NCBI RefSeq assembly: GCF_009914755.1
Contig: NC_060928.1
From: the human T2T-CHM13v2.0 reference genome, Homo sapiens
Length of the DNA: 64,000 bases
Reading direction: 5' to 3' (one strand)
Positions within the stretch are counted from its first letter, which is position 1, and the number at the start of each line of letters is the position of its first letter. Under the pieces are notes generated by a model. The model did no database searches, was not told the origin of the DNA, and saw only the letters and a list, made by a program, of their open reading frames with translations. This document shows positions 58,231-64,000 of this stretch, piece after piece. A program made the position numbers and the translations under genes.

Positions 58231-59069
58231 TGAACTGGCTGATAAGTATAAATATAACTGAGTGTAAAATAAATTCTTAAACGTGGAAAAAAAAACAAAA
58301 GAAAAAAACATGGCTAAGAGAGGGAGAAAGGTGAGAAGCATGGAAGGAAGATTTTAAAAAGAATGAAACAAAGGAGACAGTGAGGGAGAGAAAAAAAATG
58401 TGAAATTAAATGACCAAAATTGCAGGAACATAAAAGTGATTTAAGGGCTTATAAATGTCGAATGAGAACGTTCTTGCACTAACAACTTAGAATGTTTTTT
58501 CATAATCTGAGCCTATGTTAAAACATATATGGAATGCTGTGAATTATATTTAAATTCTTTTTTTCACCATCTTCCATTTACTATGAAAGCATTATTTCAT
58601 TAGTTCTCAGGACTCTAAACCAAATTTTGACAATTTGATTGAGTGTGGTCCTTTAATATTATTTTTGATGTTACACATTCATGAAAACCTAGGGTTTCAA
58701 AGTTGAAGGGTTACAAATTCTACCACCTATTTGCTGTTGTGTTTCTCATACTTCATGCCAAGGTATTCTATAGAATCGTATGTACTATTTCTATGACCCA
58801 TAGGAAATCCTAACTCATGATCCACATATTAAATATTGGAAGCCATTTGTTATGTCTCACTTGAGTTTTCTCTTAAATCCAGTTTATACTTTCAATAATT
58901 TTACTTACAAATGGTTTCTGTTTGTTGTTGTTGTTTTAAGTTTCCAATGAATATAATGAGTTACTGATTGCAGAAATCTCTCTGCTTCTTTCACAGGAAA
59001 TGTTGAAGAAACTTTTTAAAAAACAAAGTATATTTCTCCTCATATACATGACACATCATTGTGGAATAG

Positions 59070-59800
59070 TTCAAAGACTTCAGATTGAGAGAAATTGCAC
59101 TTGAAGATCTGCATTAAAGGAATCACAGTGGGAAACTCCTCTACAATTGGACATGATTAGACAATGCAAGTCTAGAATTTGAACTGATACTCTTTCAAGT
59201 GAGACTTTTGGAGTACTTGAGGGGAGAGTGAATTTTGATGTGGAAGAGATGTGAATGTTGTAGTCCAGAAAGCAGATTGTGGTTCCTAGTCTCCGGGATG
59301 GCCCCTAATGATCTCTGCCTCTTGGTGTTTATACTCCTTGAGTAGTCTCATCTCACATCGTATCAAGGTTGGTCTATGTGACCAATAGAATACGGCATAA
59401 CTGATAGTATGAGACTTCCGAGGCTGGATTATAAAAGACATTGTAACTTCTGAAACACACTCACTTGGATCACTTTGGTGGAAGCCAGCTGCCATGTCAG
59501 GAAGATACTCAAAGACAATGAACAGCTCCATATGATGAGGCACTAAAGCCTTCTGACCACCATCAGAACTAACTTGCCAGGTGTGTGAGGCAGCTACCTT
59601 GGGGTGAATCCCTCAGTTTTTCAGTAAAGCTTTCTGCTGACTTCAGATCCAGCTGATATCTTAACTGCAAACTTCTAAGAGACCCCAAGCCTAAACCACC
59701 TCAATCAATTCTCTCCAGTTCCTGGCCCTCGGAACTGTTTAAATAATATAAGCTCATGCTTTATGATATTTTATTGTGCAGCAATAGAATACTGAAACAG
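59070..59800 (+). mobile_element. MLT1F-like LTR (59279-59800) with a preceding MaLR internal 3' fragment
   Basis: 'gatggcccctaatgatctctgcctcttggtgtt', 'tgtgaccaatagaatacggca', 'gaagccagctgccatgt' and 'gcagcaatagaatactgaaaca'. Confidence 0.8.
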
Positions 59801-60143
59801 GTGTGGAAGGTCTAAAGAGGCTGAGACAGTGCTAGATTAGATACAATATGTAAAGTTAGAATATATTCTTCACCTTAGCCATTGGAAATGCATCAATGAG
59901 AAGAGTACCATTTCTTAGCACCACTAAGAAGTTTAGTACTGACTCCCTCTGCAGGCTTGGGCTGACAGCAGGTCACAGATCTGGGTCATTTATATGCATG
60001 GAGAATGATGTCTCTCCCTCAACTCTCCCCACAAGTAATAGCAACTAAATGCAGGTGCTCAGATGCCAAAAAGCAGAAGGTTTCAATGACCATAATGCTT
60101 GGCAAGGCTAGAGAGGCAGCCAAAGCATCTTGACCCACAGGAG

Positions 60144-60242
60144 TTTTTGTTTTGTTTTGTTTTGTTTTTTGAGACGGAGTCTCGCTCTGTCGCCCAGGCT
60201 GGAGTGCAGTGGCGCGATTTCGGCTCACTGCAAGCTCTGCCT
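60144..60242 (-). mobile_element. Severely 5'-truncated AluY with (AAAAC)n tail
   Basis: 'gagacggagtctcgctctgtcgcccagg...cactgcaagctc'; TSD tgacccacaggagttt / tgacccagagggagttt. Confidence 0.88.
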
Positions 60243-60309
60243 GACCCAGAGGGAGTTTTAAAGATGATTATTAGAGCATAACGTATCTGGGACGAAAGGC
60301 TGCCAGTGA

Positions 60310-60812
<503 letters not shown>

Positions 60813-60859
60813 CATCTAGGACATTTTAAGTTTACTGAACACAGGATCTGTGCTGATAT

Positions 60860-61277
<418 letters not shown>

Positions 61278-62599
61278 TGTGCTGACATTTAAAGCCAGAG
61301 TACCTAAACATCACATTGACACCCCCCTCCCCTTGTTAGAGTGGTGGCTTATCAAGTCTAGGCAATAAATGATGTTGTGGCTAAATTTTGACTCAGCGTT
61401 CATGTGGGGTGAGTAGAACCACTTGGTATATATAATTATGGTTAATATACTTGGCAGTTGGAATAACCTCCACATTTGTCCTTTCTCTATGGGATAATAC
61501 ATGTCATAGTGGGGAAGAACAAGTGGCAATTTCTGAAAATGCTTTTCTCAAATCAATATAGAAATTTAAAAAAAATACAACGTTTTAGTAGTGAAAGGTG
61601 TCACCAGTGGAGGCTTGTGAAAGTTTTAAATACTTAAATGACTTGGGTAGCAGTCTTTGGTTATGGATTATCATCAGTTACTCTGGAAACAGCATGATGC
61701 ACATATAAACAAAGTGACCACATAGAATGATAGAAAAAAGGGGCTATTGCATGAGCACTACTCCCAGTCAATAAGCCTTTCTAAGGTGTATCTCCCTAAA
61801 CAGTCAAACTTTCAACTACAGAGAAAATCACTTATCCTGTAAAGTGGCACTGTTCTTTGTGAGACCAGTTGACTATGTTGAGACTTTTTATCCTGGAATT
61901 TGTAGCAACTCATTCTCATAGGAAGAGCTATCTATACCCGGTATGGACTAAAATTTCCTGTACACCAGTAGGCAATTAATGCTTTTCAATATTGCTACTG
62001 AATCTGCACATCTAAACAGGAATAGTATACATCAATAACTTATTTTGACCTGTAAAAGAAAACCTCAGTTATGCTTGCATTTATACATATTATAGTTATT
62101 GATATTTTAATAACATATATATTAAATAACCTAACTTTAACAACATACATATTAAAAGTAAAACTGATGTAATTCCAAATATTGTACATTAGGCCCATAA
62201 ATAAAATCTGGAAAATTCATGATCATAAAATCAATTTATATACTCTTTACATTAAATCCAATACCATGGACCATAGTAAAATGAGATCTGGGAGACATGG
62301 GATAATATGAATGTCTTACTTAAGAAACTATTTTATTATATGTTTATGTAAACCAATACAATAAAGAACTTAGAGCTGAAGAATACAAGCACTTTTCTAA
62401 CAATCTTGCCATTTATTATTACTATGCAGATATCCATACAATCAAAAACTCTCCAAGGTTATAATAATGATATATATACCTATTCCATGTCCAAACTGTC
62501 TTATGGGCAACCCATCAGTCAGGACCAAGGTCTGAATAACACATCTTGATATATTTTATAGACTAGTATTTAGGATGTGTGGGTTTGCTAATAGAAAAA

Positions 62600-62795
62600 A
62601 GATAGACTTCAACTTCAGACTAACCTGAACCTTACCACGTATTAATTTCATGAGCTAGAGTAAGACAAATATACCCTCTCAGGCTCTTAGTCCTCATCTA
62701 TACAGTAATGCAAATACCCATCATAGACAGCTTGGTGAAGAATAGATATAATTATCCTGGCATGCAGCAGGAACTTAGCAGGTATTATCATTTGT
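62600..62795 (+). mobile_element. MIR
   Basis: 'ctctcaggctcttagtcctcatctatacagt...ttggtgaagaatagat...cctggcatgcagcagga'. Confidence 0.55.
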
Positions 62796-64000
62796 CTTTA
62801 TTGCTCTTAACAACCCAGCCATAAAAAGTAATGCAGAAATGATGTTTATAGTAGCTTGCAAAAGTACATTTTTAAATAAAGTATTACTAACAAATAATTT
62901 ACCCTTATCTTGAGTTACTTAGAAAAGCATGAACAGATCATTTTAAATATGTAAAGATATGACATTTTTAACCTTTTTCCAGCAATATTTCCGATTAAGT
63001 TTTAAAGAGGAAAATTGTATTGCAGCCTCATTTTTCATAGATATATAGGAGAAAGTGCATAGCAAAATATAACTTTATCAATGAATCTCTAGGACTTCTC
63101 ACAAACCATCAGCTAATTTCTGCATGTTTTGTTAACAACATCCCAACATAGAACTACAGGCGCTTAATCTTTGGAATTAACTACTTTTGGCTTTTTTGAG
63201 GAGAAGAAGGGAGGTTAATAAAGGAGAAAGGTTAATAAAGAGAATATTAAATGAAAAGAGAAATAGTAAATGTGCCCCAGTTGAATTATACACTCTATAT
63301 TTTTCCTTATTTAAGTAAAATAGGTATGTGATTTTGTAAATATATTTCTATGAATAATACATCTAAAATGAACCAGACTGGCTAAAAAGCACTAGAAATT
63401 TATTAAAACCACTGACTCACGAATATGTAGCATATGTTCTGTGATATCTCTTAGGAGAATGTTTCAAAGTGTTCTTATTTTATTTGTATATCATCTCTGT
63501 TTGGAAGAAAATAGCGCTGTTCTGCATATTTTTTGCTTTGCCTTAGAAATTATGATTACTAAATGAATCTTATGACTTGGAACAAAAACAAATAAATGCA
63601 AAGCATTTTTTTTCTGTGTGAGAGCAGTAATTGTCTTTTATCTCTTCACAAACTGAAATAACATGGACAATAATAGCACGTTTTAATTGTTTGAAAATGT
63701 GTGAGCACAAGAAATTGTGGCAAGCAATGACAACGTGAAAAACATATTGTCAACTCACTTATGGTTAGAGACATATATGATGTTACTATATGATCATTTA
63801 CGGATAAAATGATATCACGATTAATAGTATAATCTACAATTTTGCACATTTAAATTTTAGTGTTATACACAGTTGCACATGTTATTTTTCCAATTAGAAT
63901 ATTTAATTACAAGATTACTTACCTAGAATTATTTTACATGTACTATGCTACTTTTTATATATTTGTGTGTATAAGGTAATGGATCCTGAGATTTTAAAAC

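Overview
AT-rich, CpG-poor primate genomic DNA. A pristine AluYa5-type insertion points to human. I recognise no protein-coding exon, RNA gene or CpG island, so this looks intergenic or deep-intronic. Most of the window is layered transposon fossils: two near full-length L1s (L1MA-type on +, L1PB-type on -), a complete THE1D-type MaLR provirus, several solo MaLR LTRs, an ERVL (ERV3-16A3/LTR16-like) remnant, 13 Alus, L2/MIR and MER DNA transposons. The longer ORFs map onto these repeats, and the short ones in unique sequence resemble no protein I know. I found no evidence of a new gene system. The notable signals are rearrangement scars readable in the sequence: (1) a ~650-bp inversion at 40.8-41.5 kb that split one LTR into two oppositely oriented halves and is bounded by a perfect 21-bp inverted duplication; (2) a ~200-bp copy of neighbouring DNA inserted into an L1PB at 20.1 kb; (3) a young truncated AluYa5 with a perfect TSD; (4) a provirus whose two LTRs both end in GA rather than CA. 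Subfamily names come from remembered consensus motifs, not a database search.
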